This document shows positions 18,580 to 27,396 of a stretch of DNA of 64,000 nucleotides, in pieces. Below the pieces are notes generated by a model that did no database searches, was not told the DNA's origin, and saw only the letters and a list, made by a program, of their open reading frames with translations. Positions within the stretch are counted from its first letter, which is position 1; each line of letters opens with the position of its first letter. The translations under genes were made by a program, and so were the position numbers. This DNA is from Alphaproteobacteria bacterium. Lineage in GTDB: Bacteria > Pseudomonadota > Alphaproteobacteria > CALKHQ01. The DNA lies in the NCBI GenBank assembly GCA_965227515.1, contig CBDDFZ010000002.1, positions 640,001-704,000 on the forward strand, given 5' to 3'.

Positions 18580-19401
18580 TCAGGACGCCGTGGCGCCGCG
18601 CTCGACCATGATACGGAGCACCTCGTCGCCGTCGCGCCGCCACCAGTCCAGGTCGGAGAAAATCTCCACCTCGTTCAGGCCGTCGAAGCCCTGGGCCTCG
18701 ACCATGGCGCGGATGCCGGGAATGTCGATCACCCCGTCGCCCATCATGCCGCGGTCGGTCAGCATGTCGCGGGTCGGCACCAGCCAGTCGCAGATGTGGA
18801 ACGCCAGCAGGCGCTGCTTGCCGGCGCGCGCGATCTGGCCGGCCAACTCGGGGTCCCACCAGATGTGATAGACGTCGGCGGCGACCCCGATGCCGTCGCC
18901 GAGCTGGTCGCAGATGTCGAGCGCCTGGCGCAGCGTGTTCACGCAGGCGCGGTCGGCGGCGTACATCGGATGCAGCGGTTCGATGGCGACCGGCATGCCG
19001 GCCTGGCGGGCGTGGTCCAGGGTGCGGGCCAGTCCCTCAGTCACCATGGCGCGGGCGCCGTGGATATCGCGCGAGCCGGGGGCCAACCCGCCGACCACCA
19101 TCACCAGGCAGGCCGCCCCGATGGCCGCCGCCTCATCCACCGCGCGGCGGTTGTCGTCGAGCACGGCGTCGCTCAGCGCGCCATCGGCGGTGAACATGCC
19201 GCCGCGGCACAGGCCTGAGACCTTGAGTCCGGCGTCCTTGATCATCCGCGCGCCCTCGTCGACGCCGGCTTCCTGCAGCTTGTCGCGCCAGGGCGCGATG
19301 CCGCCGATGCCGTGGCGCACGCAGCCCTCGATGCACTGTCGCAGGCTCCACTGCAGCTTGACGGTGGCCGTGTTCAGCGACAGTTCGGCGGCGCTCGGCA
19401 C
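18580..19401 (-). CDS. Sugar phosphate isomerase/epimerase family TIM-barrel protein (AP endonuclease 2 fold)
   Basis: GTG start 2 nt after the upstream stop; motifs LSLNTATV, IEPLHPMYAADR, DVYHIWWD, FHICDW, RGMMGDGVID and EVEIFS. Confidence 0.85.
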   Translation of the reverse strand: MPSAAELSLNTATVKLQWSLRQCIEGCVRHGIGGIAPWRDKLQEAGVDEGARMIKDAGLKVSGLCRGGMFTADGALSDAVLDDNRRAVDEAAAIGAACLVMVVGGLAPGSRDIHGARAMVTEGLARTLDHARQAGMPVAIEPLHPMYAADRACVNTLRQALDICDQLGDGIGVAADVYHIWWDPELAGQIARAGKQRLLAFHICDWLVPTRDMLTDRGMMGDGVIDIPGIRAMVEAQGFDGLNEVEIFSDLDWWRRDGDEVLRIMVERGATAS

Positions 19402-19403
19402 CC

Positions 19404-20564
19404 CTAGAACTCCATCCCACGAGCCGCGAACACGGTGCGGGCGCGTGCCGCCGCCTTGTCGGCATCGACGAACAGGTTCGCCGCCGCCGCTAGCCGCACG
19501 ACCTCGGCCAGGTGCAGGGTGGAGCGCGCGCTCTCCTGCCCGCCGACCATGGTGAAGTGGTCCTGGTGTCCGTTCAGATAGGCCAGGAACACCACGCCGG
19601 TCTTGTAGAACCGGGTCGGCGCGCGAAAGATGTGGCGCGACAGCGGAACGGTCGGGTCGAACGCTGCGCTGTAGGCGGCGTGGTCGTCCTTCGCCAGCGC
19701 GGTCAGCGCGGTGCTGGCGGCGCTCGCGATCGGGTCGAAGATGCCGAGCAGGGCGTCGGAATAGCCTTCCTCGTCGCCGGCGATCAGGTCCGGGTAGTTG
19801 AAGTCGTCGCCGGTGTACATGCGCACGCCCTTGGGCAGGCGCCGGCGCATGGCGATCTCCTTCTCGGCGGAGAGGAGAGAGACCTTGATGCCGTCGATCT
19901 TGTCGGCGTTGTCGTTGATGACGCCGAGCGCGGTTTCCATCGCCGCCATATGGTCGCCATTGCCCCAATAGCCTTCCAGCGCCGGGTCGAACATCTCGCC
20001 CAGCCAGTGCAGGATCGCCGGCTGCTGCAGGCCGGAGAGCACGCGCCCATAGACGCGGGCATAGTCGTCGGGGCCGGCCGCCGCCTTGGTCAGCGCGCGC
20101 GAGGCCATCATGATCACCCGCGATCCGGCGGCTTCAACCGCCTCGCACTGCATCTCATAGGCGGCGATCACGTCGTCGACGGTCACGTCGGGGCCGGGCG
20201 CCAGATGGTCGGTACCGGCGCCCGACGCGATCAAATGGCCGCCCGCTTTGGCCTCGCGCACCGAGCGCTTGATCAGCTCCAGCGATGCGTTCCAGTCCAG
20301 CCCCATGCCGCGCTGTGCCGTGTCCATCGCCTCGGCTACGCCCAGGCCCAGCGACCAGAGGTGGTGGCGGAACGCCAGGGTCGCGTCCCAGTCGATGGCA
20401 ACGTCCAGCCACGGGTCGATGTCGGCCAGCGGGTCGGCCACCACATGGGCGGCGGAATAGGCCACGCGGGTCCAGTCCCCACCGGTCTCGGGCGCCGGCG
20501 CATCGTCGAGGATCACCGTCGAGATCGAGCCGTCGGGCTCGGGCAGTTTCAGGGTCACGGACAT
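19404..20564 (-). CDS. DUF993 / dihydrodipicolinate-synthase-like aldolase family protein
   Basis: Motifs AYSAAHVVADPLA, GVAEAMDTAQRGMGLDW, ILHWLGEMFDPAL, IDGIKVSLL (putative Schiff-base Lys) and MYTGDDFNY. Confidence 0.85.
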   Translation of the reverse strand: MSVTLKLPEPDGSISTVILDDAPAPETGGDWTRVAYSAAHVVADPLADIDPWLDVAIDWDATLAFRHHLWSLGLGVAEAMDTAQRGMGLDWNASLELIKRSVREAKAGGHLIASGAGTDHLAPGPDVTVDDVIAAYEMQCEAVEAAGSRVIMMASRALTKAAAGPDDYARVYGRVLSGLQQPAILHWLGEMFDPALEGYWGNGDHMAAMETALGVINDNADKIDGIKVSLLSAEKEIAMRRRLPKGVRMYTGDDFNYPDLIAGDEEGYSDALLGIFDPIASAASTALTALAKDDHAAYSAAFDPTVPLSRHIFRAPTRFYKTGVVFLAYLNGHQDHFTMVGGQESARSTLHLAEVVRLAAAANLFVDADKAAARARTVFAARGMEF

Positions 20565-20567
20565 TGA

Positions 20568-21719
20568 TCAGATCTCCAGTTCGGGGACGTCGAGCCAGCG
20601 GCCTTCCTTCCAGCTCTGCATGCCCAGTTCGGCCAGTTGCACGCCCTTCGCACCTTCCTTGAAAGTGTACGACCAGGGCGCGTCTTCCGCCACATGGCGC
20701 AGGAAGCCCTCCCACTGCACCTTGAAGCCATTGTCGAAGTCGGTGTTGTCCGGCACGTCCTCCCAGCTCTCGAAGAAGTCGAGCGCCTGGGGCTGGTCCG
20801 GGTTCCACACCGGCTTCGGCGTGTTCATGCGGTGCTGGGTGCGGCAGTCGTGCAGCCCGGCGACGGCGGAGCCGTGGGTGCCGTCGACCTGGAACGTCAC
20901 CAGGTCGTCGCGGCGCACCCGCACGCACCAGCTCGAATTGATGTGGGCGACGATGCCGCCGGCGAGCTTGAAGGTGGCGTAGGCGGCGTCGTCGGCGGTC
21001 GCGTTGTAGCGGTGGCCGTTCTCGTCCCAGCGCTCGGGAATATGGGTGGCGCCCAGGCACGACACCGCTTCGACGGGCGCGATCACGTTGTCCAGCACAT
21101 AGCGCCAGTGGCACAGCATGTCGGAGATGATGCCGCCGCCGTCCTCGGCGCGATAGTTCCAGCTCGGCCGCTGCGCCGGCATGTAATCGCCCTCGAACAC
21201 CCAGTAGCCGAACTCGCCGCGGACCGACAGGATGCGCCCGAAGAACCCGGCGTCGCGCAGCCGCTTCAGCTTGATCAGGCCGGGCAGATCCAGCTTGTCG
21301 TGGACGATGCCGTTCTTGATGCCGGCCTTCTTGGCATAGGCGGCGACGTCGACCGCGTCCGCCAGGGTCTCGGAGATCGGCTTTTCGCAATAGACGTGCT
21401 TGCCGGCATCGATCGCCTTCTTCAGCAGCGACGGCCGTAGCCCGGTCGAGGCCGCGTCAAAGAACACCTCGTCGTCGGGGTTGGCCAGGGCCGCATCCAG
21501 ATCGGTGGTGAAGCGCTCGACACCGCTCGCGCGCGCCAGCGCCTCGACTTTGTCGGCGTTGCGCCCGACCAGAATGGGGTCCGGCACCAGCGCGGTGCCG
21601 TCGGACAGCGCCAGGCCGCCCTGGTCGCGGATCGCCAGCACGGAGCGCATCAGGTGCTGGTTCATCCCCATGCGTCCGGTCACGCCGTGCATGATGATGC
21701 CGATGCGCTTCTGCTTCAT
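20568..21719 (-). CDS. Gfo/Idh/MocA family oxidoreductase
   Basis: Motifs IIMHGVTGRMG, GKHVYCEKP, GEFGYWVFEG and GGGIISDMLCHW. Confidence 0.92.
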   Translation of the reverse strand: MKQKRIGIIMHGVTGRMGMNQHLMRSVLAIRDQGGLALSDGTALVPDPILVGRNADKVEALARASGVERFTTDLDAALANPDDEVFFDAASTGLRPSLLKKAIDAGKHVYCEKPISETLADAVDVAAYAKKAGIKNGIVHDKLDLPGLIKLKRLRDAGFFGRILSVRGEFGYWVFEGDYMPAQRPSWNYRAEDGGGIISDMLCHWRYVLDNVIAPVEAVSCLGATHIPERWDENGHRYNATADDAAYATFKLAGGIVAHINSSWCVRVRRDDLVTFQVDGTHGSAVAGLHDCRTQHRMNTPKPVWNPDQPQALDFFESWEDVPDNTDFDNGFKVQWEGFLRHVAEDAPWSYTFKEGAKGVQLAELGMQSWKEGRWLDVPELEI

Positions 21720-21735
21720 GTGAGGGTCTCCTGGG

Positions 21736-22455
21736 TCATTGGTCTTGCGTTTGCGAGGGTGGGGGCGGGCGCAGGAAACGGACGACGAGTTCGCTCACGT
21801 CCTCCTTGCGCCGCTCGATCCATGCGTCGTCGATGGACACGCCGAACACGACGCGCAGGGTGTGCTTGTTGGACACCGGGAAATAGCAAAGCGAGGCGAT
21901 GGTGATGTAGAGCTCGACCGGGTCGATGCCGTCGCGGAACACGCCCTCGGCGACGCCCCGGTCCAGCACCCGGCGCAATTCCTCGATCAACGGCGACTGG
22001 ATGATGCCGACATCCACGATCTGGCGCACCGTCTCGCCGCCACGCAGGTTCTCGGTGTTCAGCATCGAGATGAACCACGGCTTGGCGCGGAAGTGGTCGA
22101 GCGTGAAGTGGACCAGGGCGCGGATCGCCGCCTCCGGCGCGCGGTTGCGCAGCTCGAGCTGCTGCTCGCCCTGGCGGATCTGCACATAGGCCTCGCGCAG
22201 GGCGGCGGTATAGAGCGCGTCCTTGTCGCCGAAGTAGTTGTAGAGCATCGGCTTCGAAACGCCGGCCCGCTGCGCGATGGTGTCGATCCGCGCACCGGCA
22301 TGGCCCTGCTCCGAGAACTCGACCAGGGCGGCCTCCAGAATGGCGCGCTGGGTTGCGGCGGCGTCGCGCTTCGGGCGGCGGCGTGGCGAGGCCGGACCGT
22401 CGTCCATGGCCTCGGGCGCCATGCCAGCAACGTCATCCTGGCGGTTCGCGGCCAT
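21736..22455 (-). CDS. TetR family regulator (RutR/NicS-like)
   Basis: HTH ILEAALVEFSEQGHAGARIDTIAQRAGVSKPMLYNYFGDK; LNTENL in the C-domain. Confidence 0.9.
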   Translation of the reverse strand: MAANRQDDVAGMAPEAMDDGPASPRRRPKRDAAATQRAILEAALVEFSEQGHAGARIDTIAQRAGVSKPMLYNYFGDKDALYTAALREAYVQIRQGEQQLELRNRAPEAAIRALVHFTLDHFRAKPWFISMLNTENLRGGETVRQIVDVGIIQSPLIEELRRVLDRGVAEGVFRDGIDPVELYITIASLCYFPVSNKHTLRVVFGVSIDDAWIERRKEDVSELVVRFLRPPPPSQTQDQ

Positions 22456-22458
22456 CGC

Positions 22459-23988
22459 TCAGGCCCGTCCCTGGGGGCGCAACAGGCGCTGCATGCCGGC
22501 GCTGGCGCCCTGGCGCACCCGGCGGATGCTGAACAGGATCGACAGCACGATGACGGCGGCGAACACCGCCGACACCGGCCGGGTGAAGAACGGCTCCAGG
22601 CTGCCGTCGGACAGGATCAGGCCGCGGCGCAGGCTCTTGTCGAGCAGGGTGCCCAGGATGATGCCCAGAACCAGCGGCGCCATCGGGTACTTCATCAGCC
22701 GCAGCACGAAGCCCAGCAAGCCGAACGCCACCATGACCACGATCTCGAACGGCCGCTGGGTCAGCGCGTAGGGGCCAATGACGCAAAGCGAGAACACCAG
22801 CGGCATCAGGTATTCGCGCGGCACCCGCAGCACCAGCACGAAGATCGGGCTCAGCAGGATGCCGAACAGCGCGATGGCGGCGGTCGCCAGCACCAGCATC
22901 ACCGAGACCATGTAAATGAAATCCGGCCGCTCCAGCATGATCATCGGGCCAGGCTGGACGCCGTGGATGAACAGGGCGGCGATCAGCACGGCGGCGGGCG
23001 CGGACCCGGGCACCGCCAGCGTCAGCGCCGGGATCAGCGCGCCCGGCACGACCGCGCTGTTGCCGGTTTCCGCGGCGGTCAGGGCCTCGGTCGAGCCCTT
23101 GCCGAACATCTTGCGCTCCTTGGAAAGGCGGCGCGCGACGGCGTAGGACGACCATGCGCCGATGTCCTCGCCGACGCCAGGAATGATGCCGACCATGGTG
23201 CCGATGACGCCGGAGCGCGCGACGGTGAACTTGTAGCGCCACAGGTCGATCAGGCGCGGCAACTGCCACTCGAGGAACGACTTCGTCCGCGCGAGCTGGC
23301 CCTTGGGCCGCCACATCACGGTCAGTACCTCGGCGAAGCCGAACGCGCCGACCATGGCCGGGATCAGCCCGATGCCGCCGTTCAACTGCTCCAGCCCCAT
23401 GTTGAAGCGGACGTGGGAATGGATGCCCTCCGACCCGATCATCGCCACCATCAGGCCGAGCAGGCCGGCGATGTAGCCCTTCAGTGGGGTCGGCCCGCCA
23501 GTCAGCTGCCCGGAAATGACGATGCCGAACACCGCCAGCCAGAAGAACTCGTAGGAGCCGAAGTTCAGCGCGGCCTCAGCCAGCGGCGGCGCCAGCATGA
23601 CCAGCAGTGCGATGCCGACCAACGTGCCCAGCGCGGAGCCGGCGGTGGCCAGGCCCATGGCGTATTGGGCACGGCCCTGTTGCGCCAGCGGATACCCGTC
23701 CAGCGCCGTGGCTGCGCTGGCGGGGGTGCCGGGGATGTTGAGCAGGATCGCGCTGCGCGACCCGCCGTAGATGGCGCCGACATACATGCAGATCAGCACC
23801 GTGATCGCGGTGTCGCGCTCCAGTGTGTAGGTCAGCGTTGTCAGCAGGGCGACGCCCATGGTCGCGGTCAGGCCCGGCAGGGAGCCGATGACGATGCCGA
23901 GCAGCGTCGCCCAGGCGACGTGCAGCAACAGCATCGGCGTAATCAGTGTGCCGAATGCGTCGAAGAAGGCGCCGAACCCCTCGATCAC
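22459..23988 (-). CDS. tctA: Tripartite tricarboxylate transporter large permease TctA
   Basis: Motifs IGSLPGLTATMGVALL, YGGSRSAILLNIPGTPAS and AAETGNSA; GTG start overlaps the tctB stop. Confidence 0.92.
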   Translation of the reverse strand: MIEGFGAFFDAFGTLITPMLLLHVAWATLLGIVIGSLPGLTATMGVALLTTLTYTLERDTAITVLICMYVGAIYGGSRSAILLNIPGTPASAATALDGYPLAQQGRAQYAMGLATAGSALGTLVGIALLVMLAPPLAEAALNFGSYEFFWLAVFGIVISGQLTGGPTPLKGYIAGLLGLMVAMIGSEGIHSHVRFNMGLEQLNGGIGLIPAMVGAFGFAEVLTVMWRPKGQLARTKSFLEWQLPRLIDLWRYKFTVARSGVIGTMVGIIPGVGEDIGAWSSYAVARRLSKERKMFGKGSTEALTAAETGNSAVVPGALIPALTLAVPGSAPAAVLIAALFIHGVQPGPMIMLERPDFIYMVSVMLVLATAAIALFGILLSPIFVLVLRVPREYLMPLVFSLCVIGPYALTQRPFEIVVMVAFGLLGFVLRLMKYPMAPLVLGIILGTLLDKSLRRGLILSDGSLEPFFTRPVSAVFAAVIVLSILFSIRRVRQGASAGMQRLLRPQGRA

Positions 23989-24539
23989 GGCAGCCTCACC
24001 AGGAAGGCGTAGCGGAACAGCAGCGACACCGCGGCGGCGCAGGCGGCGGCGAAGACGACCGCGATCGCCACGCCGATCCAGCGGTCGCGCGCCGGCTTGG
24101 CGGCGTCCCAGGTGAAGTGGATGGTGAAGCCGGCAATGAAGATGCCGGTGGCCAGCATGAACGGCATGTTGCCCACCAGGACCACGGCATAGACGATGCA
24201 GTATCCGGTGGCGGCCAGCAGGGCGCGCCAACTCGGCGCCTCGGCTGCCTTGTCGTTGGCGGCGCCAGCATCGACTTTGGTATCGCCGGCCTCGTTGTCA
24301 GCCACATCGTCGGCCAAATCGTCCGGCGCCTCGCCGCGCCCGGCGGACGAGAACAGCAAGGCTGCGCACAGCATCATCGCCCCGCCCAGGATCATCGGCA
24401 GCAGGCCGGGAATGCTGGCCGGATGGATGTCGCGGATTTCCAGCCGGTCCATGGTGTAGCCGCCGATCAGCATCGCCAGCCCCAGCGCGAACAGGACGCA
24501 GGCCATGATCTTGTCGGCGCGTGCGGCGGCGAACGGCAC
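23985..24539 (-). CDS. tctB: Tripartite tricarboxylate transporter small permease TctB
   Basis: 4-5 TM segments, PGLLP motif, C-terminal FRYAFLVRLP; located between tctC and tctA. Confidence 0.85.
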   Translation of the reverse strand: MPFAAARADKIMACVLFALGLAMLIGGYTMDRLEIRDIHPASIPGLLPMILGGAMMLCAALLFSSAGRGEAPDDLADDVADNEAGDTKVDAGAANDKAAEAPSWRALLAATGYCIVYAVVLVGNMPFMLATGIFIAGFTIHFTWDAAKPARDRWIGVAIAVVFAAACAAAVSLLFRYAFLVRLP

Positions 24540-24580
24540 CCGAACCTCTTCAGCTCAGTTCAAACGGGTTTCGGCAAGGA

Positions 24581-24616
24581 AAGCGCACCGCTGCCACCCG
24601 GGGCAACGGCGCGCTT
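24581..24616 (-). terminator. Intercistronic hairpin after tctC
   Basis: AAGCGCACCGCTGCC...GGCAACGGCGCGCTT; the stem mismatches become G-U pairs on the minus (mRNA) strand. Confidence 0.5.
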
Positions 24617-24650
24617 GCCAACGAACCATGCAATCGATTGCGCGGCCCGA

Positions 24651-25670
24651 TTACTCGGACGGGCAGTCGATCCCGATCTCCGACGGCGAGATCACGTTCT
24701 CGCCGCGGGTGACCCGGGCGCAGGCTTCCATGATGACGACCGGCATCGCCACTTCCAGGGCCGCGTCGCCGTAGGACGGCGAGAACACGGCGCCGCGCTC
24801 GGACGCGTAGGCGGCCAGCTCCGGCGAGGTCATGATCACGTCCTGCCAGACCTGGTTGACGGTCTCATAGACCTCGTCGGGTGCGCCGACCGGAATGAAC
24901 ACGCCGAAATAGTCCTTGGCGATCGGCATGTCGGGCAGCCAGTCGGTGATCGGCGGAATCGGGTCCAGGCCCTCGATCAGCAGCGCCTCGTCGGAGAGCA
25001 CGGCGAGCGCGCGGATGCGGCCGGCCTTGATCATCTCGGTCTGCTCCACCGCAAGCTGGGTGGTCGCGACGACCTCGCCGCTGGCCGCCGCCAGCACCGC
25101 CGGGTTGCCGCCGTCGTAGGTGACCATGCGCGCGCCGAACTCGGCACCGGAGGCCTCCTCCAGCGCCGCCAGCGCCATGCCGCCCGACGAGTTGACGCCG
25201 GCGGTGCCGACCGTGACACCTTCGCCTTTCAGCGCCTCAAGCAGCGCGCCGAAATCCTGATACTCCGAATCGGCATTGACGCTGACCACCGGCACGTTGG
25301 CGACGTGCAGGTAGATCACGTAGTCCTCGATGGAGGTGTTCTCGATCAGGCCGGTGATGGCGTAGGTGGCATTGTTGGCGATGGCATTGGCGGTCCAGGT
25401 GTAGCCGTCGCGCGGCGCGTCGAGCGCGGCCTTGGTGCCGATGGAGCCGGAGGCGCCGGGCTGGTTGACCACCACCACCGCGGTGCCAAGGGCTTCTTCC
25501 AGCAACGGGGCGACGACGCGGGTGACCTGGTCGGTGGACCCGCCGGCTGACCACGGCACGATGATGTTGATCGGCTGCTCCGGCACCCATTCGGCGACGG
25601 CGGCCTGTCCGAACGCGATGGCGGCAGCGCCGACGGCAACGGTACGGATCGCGTATTTCATTGAATTCAT
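24651..25670 (-). CDS. tctC: Tripartite tricarboxylate transporter substrate-binding protein TctC (Bug family)
   Basis: Signal peptide; motifs INIIVPWSAGGSTD, VVNQPGASGSIG, DGYT and YDGGNPA. Confidence 0.92.
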   Translation of the reverse strand: MNSMKYAIRTVAVGAAAIAFGQAAVAEWVPEQPINIIVPWSAGGSTDQVTRVVAPLLEEALGTAVVVVNQPGASGSIGTKAALDAPRDGYTWTANAIANNATYAITGLIENTSIEDYVIYLHVANVPVVSVNADSEYQDFGALLEALKGEGVTVGTAGVNSSGGMALAALEEASGAEFGARMVTYDGGNPAVLAAASGEVVATTQLAVEQTEMIKAGRIRALAVLSDEALLIEGLDPIPPITDWLPDMPIAKDYFGVFIPVGAPDEVYETVNQVWQDVIMTSPELAAYASERGAVFSPSYGDAALEVAMPVVIMEACARVTRGENVISPSEIGIDCPSE

Positions 25671-25689
25671 TGGTGATTCCTCCCTTTAC

Positions 25690-25707
25690 TTACTTACTGG
25701 TAGGTAA
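25690..25707. promoter_or_regulatory. Palindromic candidate TetR operator upstream of tctC
   Basis: TTACTTAC-TG-GTAGGTAA (7/8 inverted match), AT-rich, about 20 nt upstream of the tctC start. Confidence 0.55.
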
Positions 25708-25912
25708 CATAGCTCTTTGGTTGGCCCCTTGGCAACGGGCGCGACGGCACCGGTGGGCTGGTATCGGCACCAATGCTGGCCTATGACGCATTTGTCGGTG
25801 GGCCCCGGCTGACCATGGGGGTTCACGCGACGGGGAATCATTGCGCGCGCGTCCGTCCGGCGCGGCGCAGCGAGGTGGCGAGTTCGATGGCGCACCCAAC
25901 GCCGGTTGCCGC

Positions 25913-27061
25913 GTGACCAAGGTTTTGCATGTCATTTCCGACCTGGGGGCCGGCGGGGCGGAGCGCGCGCTGGCCGGGCTGGTCGCCGACCGCGTGGCCG
26001 GGGCCGGCCTGGAGCATCGCGTGCTTTGCCTGCGCGAGGGCGGCTTTTATGCCCCGATGGTGGAGGCGGCGGGCGCCGGACCGGACGTGATCGGCGGCGA
26101 CGGCCTGGGCGCGGTGCCGCGCTGGATCGCGGGCGTCCGTGCTGCCGTCCGCCGGATGCGCCCACAGATCGTGCAGAGCTGGATGTATTACGCCAACGTC
26201 ATCGCCTATGGCGCCTTGCGCACCATGCGGCGCCAGGGCGGCGCCCGCCTGGTCTGGGGCATCCGCTGCTCGGACATGGACCTGGACCGCTACCCATCCA
26301 GCCTGCGGCGCGCGGTCAGGATCGGTGCCCGCCTGTCGGGCAAGGTCGACTGCATCGTCGCCAATTCGCACGCCGGGCGGCAGGCGCATCTGGCCCTGGG
26401 CTACGCCGGGGACAGGTTTCGGGTGATCGAGAACGGCTTCGACACCGCCAAATTCCGCCCGGACCCGGCGCTGCGGGCGGCGACCCGGCGCGAACTCGGT
26501 CTGGACGACGATGCGTTCGCGGTCGGCATCGTAGCGCGGGTCGACCCGATGAAGGACTATCCGGCCTTCCTTGCCGCGCTGGAGCGGGTGCCTAACGCCG
26601 TTGGTGTTGCGGTGGGGGCGGGGACGGAAGCGCTGGTCGGGCCGGCCAACTTCCGTGGCATCGGCCGCCAGTCCGACAGTCAGCGCTATCACAACGCGTT
26701 CGACGTGCTGGTGTCGTGCTCGGCGTTCGGCGAGGGCATGTCGAACGCCATCGGCGAGGCGATGGCCTGCGGCTGTCCGGTGGTCGCCACCGACGTGGGG
26801 GATGCCAGGCGCATGCTGACGGGCGGGGACGACCTGCCGCCGGCAGGCGAGATCGTCGCGCCGGGGGATGCTGGCGCGCTCGGCGACCGTCTGGCGGTGC
26901 TGATGGCCGATCCGGCGCGCGCGCGGGCGTTGGGCGAGGCCGGGCACGCGCGGGTGATGGCGCACTACACGCTGGAGCAGTGCACGCGCCGCTACGCGGC
27001 TCTATACGAGGAGCTTGCCGGCCCCCTAGCGCCAACGGCACGGGGTCAGCCTGCAGATTAG
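25913..27061 (+). CDS. Glycosyltransferase family 4
   Basis: Motifs KVLHVISDLGAGGAE, QSWMYYAN, ARVDPMKD and EGMSNAIGEAMACGCPVVATDVG; GTG start at 25913. Confidence 0.92.
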   Translation: MTKVLHVISDLGAGGAERALAGLVADRVAGAGLEHRVLCLREGGFYAPMVEAAGAGPDVIGGDGLGAVPRWIAGVRAAVRRMRPQIVQSWMYYANVIAYGALRTMRRQGGARLVWGIRCSDMDLDRYPSSLRRAVRIGARLSGKVDCIVANSHAGRQAHLALGYAGDRFRVIENGFDTAKFRPDPALRAATRRELGLDDDAFAVGIVARVDPMKDYPAFLAALERVPNAVGVAVGAGTEALVGPANFRGIGRQSDSQRYHNAFDVLVSCSAFGEGMSNAIGEAMACGCPVVATDVGDARRMLTGGDDLPPAGEIVAPGDAGALGDRLAVLMADPARARALGEAGHARVMAHYTLEQCTRRYAALYEELAGPLAPTARGQPAD

Positions 27062-27188
27062 ACTTCAGTCGATGCAGACTCTGCGCCAAGTGTAAGTAGA
27101 GCGTCGGGCGCTAGACCTGCAACATGCTCAGGCTCGATAACTGATCGGGCCGGACCTGGCCGCAAGTCGCGGAGAATAAACACCCCCC

Positions 27189-27330
27189 CCATTGTTATCC
27201 TTGGCCGAGGCCAAGCGAAGCGTTGGGCGAGTGCCGAGGATCCATCCCGCCGTTCGCGCGATGCGGACCATGGATCCTCGACGCGACGCGCGGAACAAGT
27301 TCCAGGCGCGCCGGTCAAGGATGACAATGG
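27189..27330. repeat. Palindromic intergenic element, family A, copy 1 (GTCATCC...GGATGAC type)
   Basis: Terminal IR CCATTGTTATCCTTGGCCG / CGGTCAAGGATGACAATGG; inner IR GTGCCGAGGATCCAT / ATGGATCCTCGACGC; homologous copy at 61500-61679. Confidence 0.85.
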
Positions 27331-27396
27331 TGTTGGTGACGGGGCGTAGACACCTAGTACCGATGCAGATGCAATACTTACGTCCCGTGCTCTAAC

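Noticed and set aside
5180-18600. Active integrative element at tRNA-Ser
   Set aside because: I found no integrase or recombinase and no duplicated tRNA 3' end (attR) by eye, so it is reported only as an island-like region.
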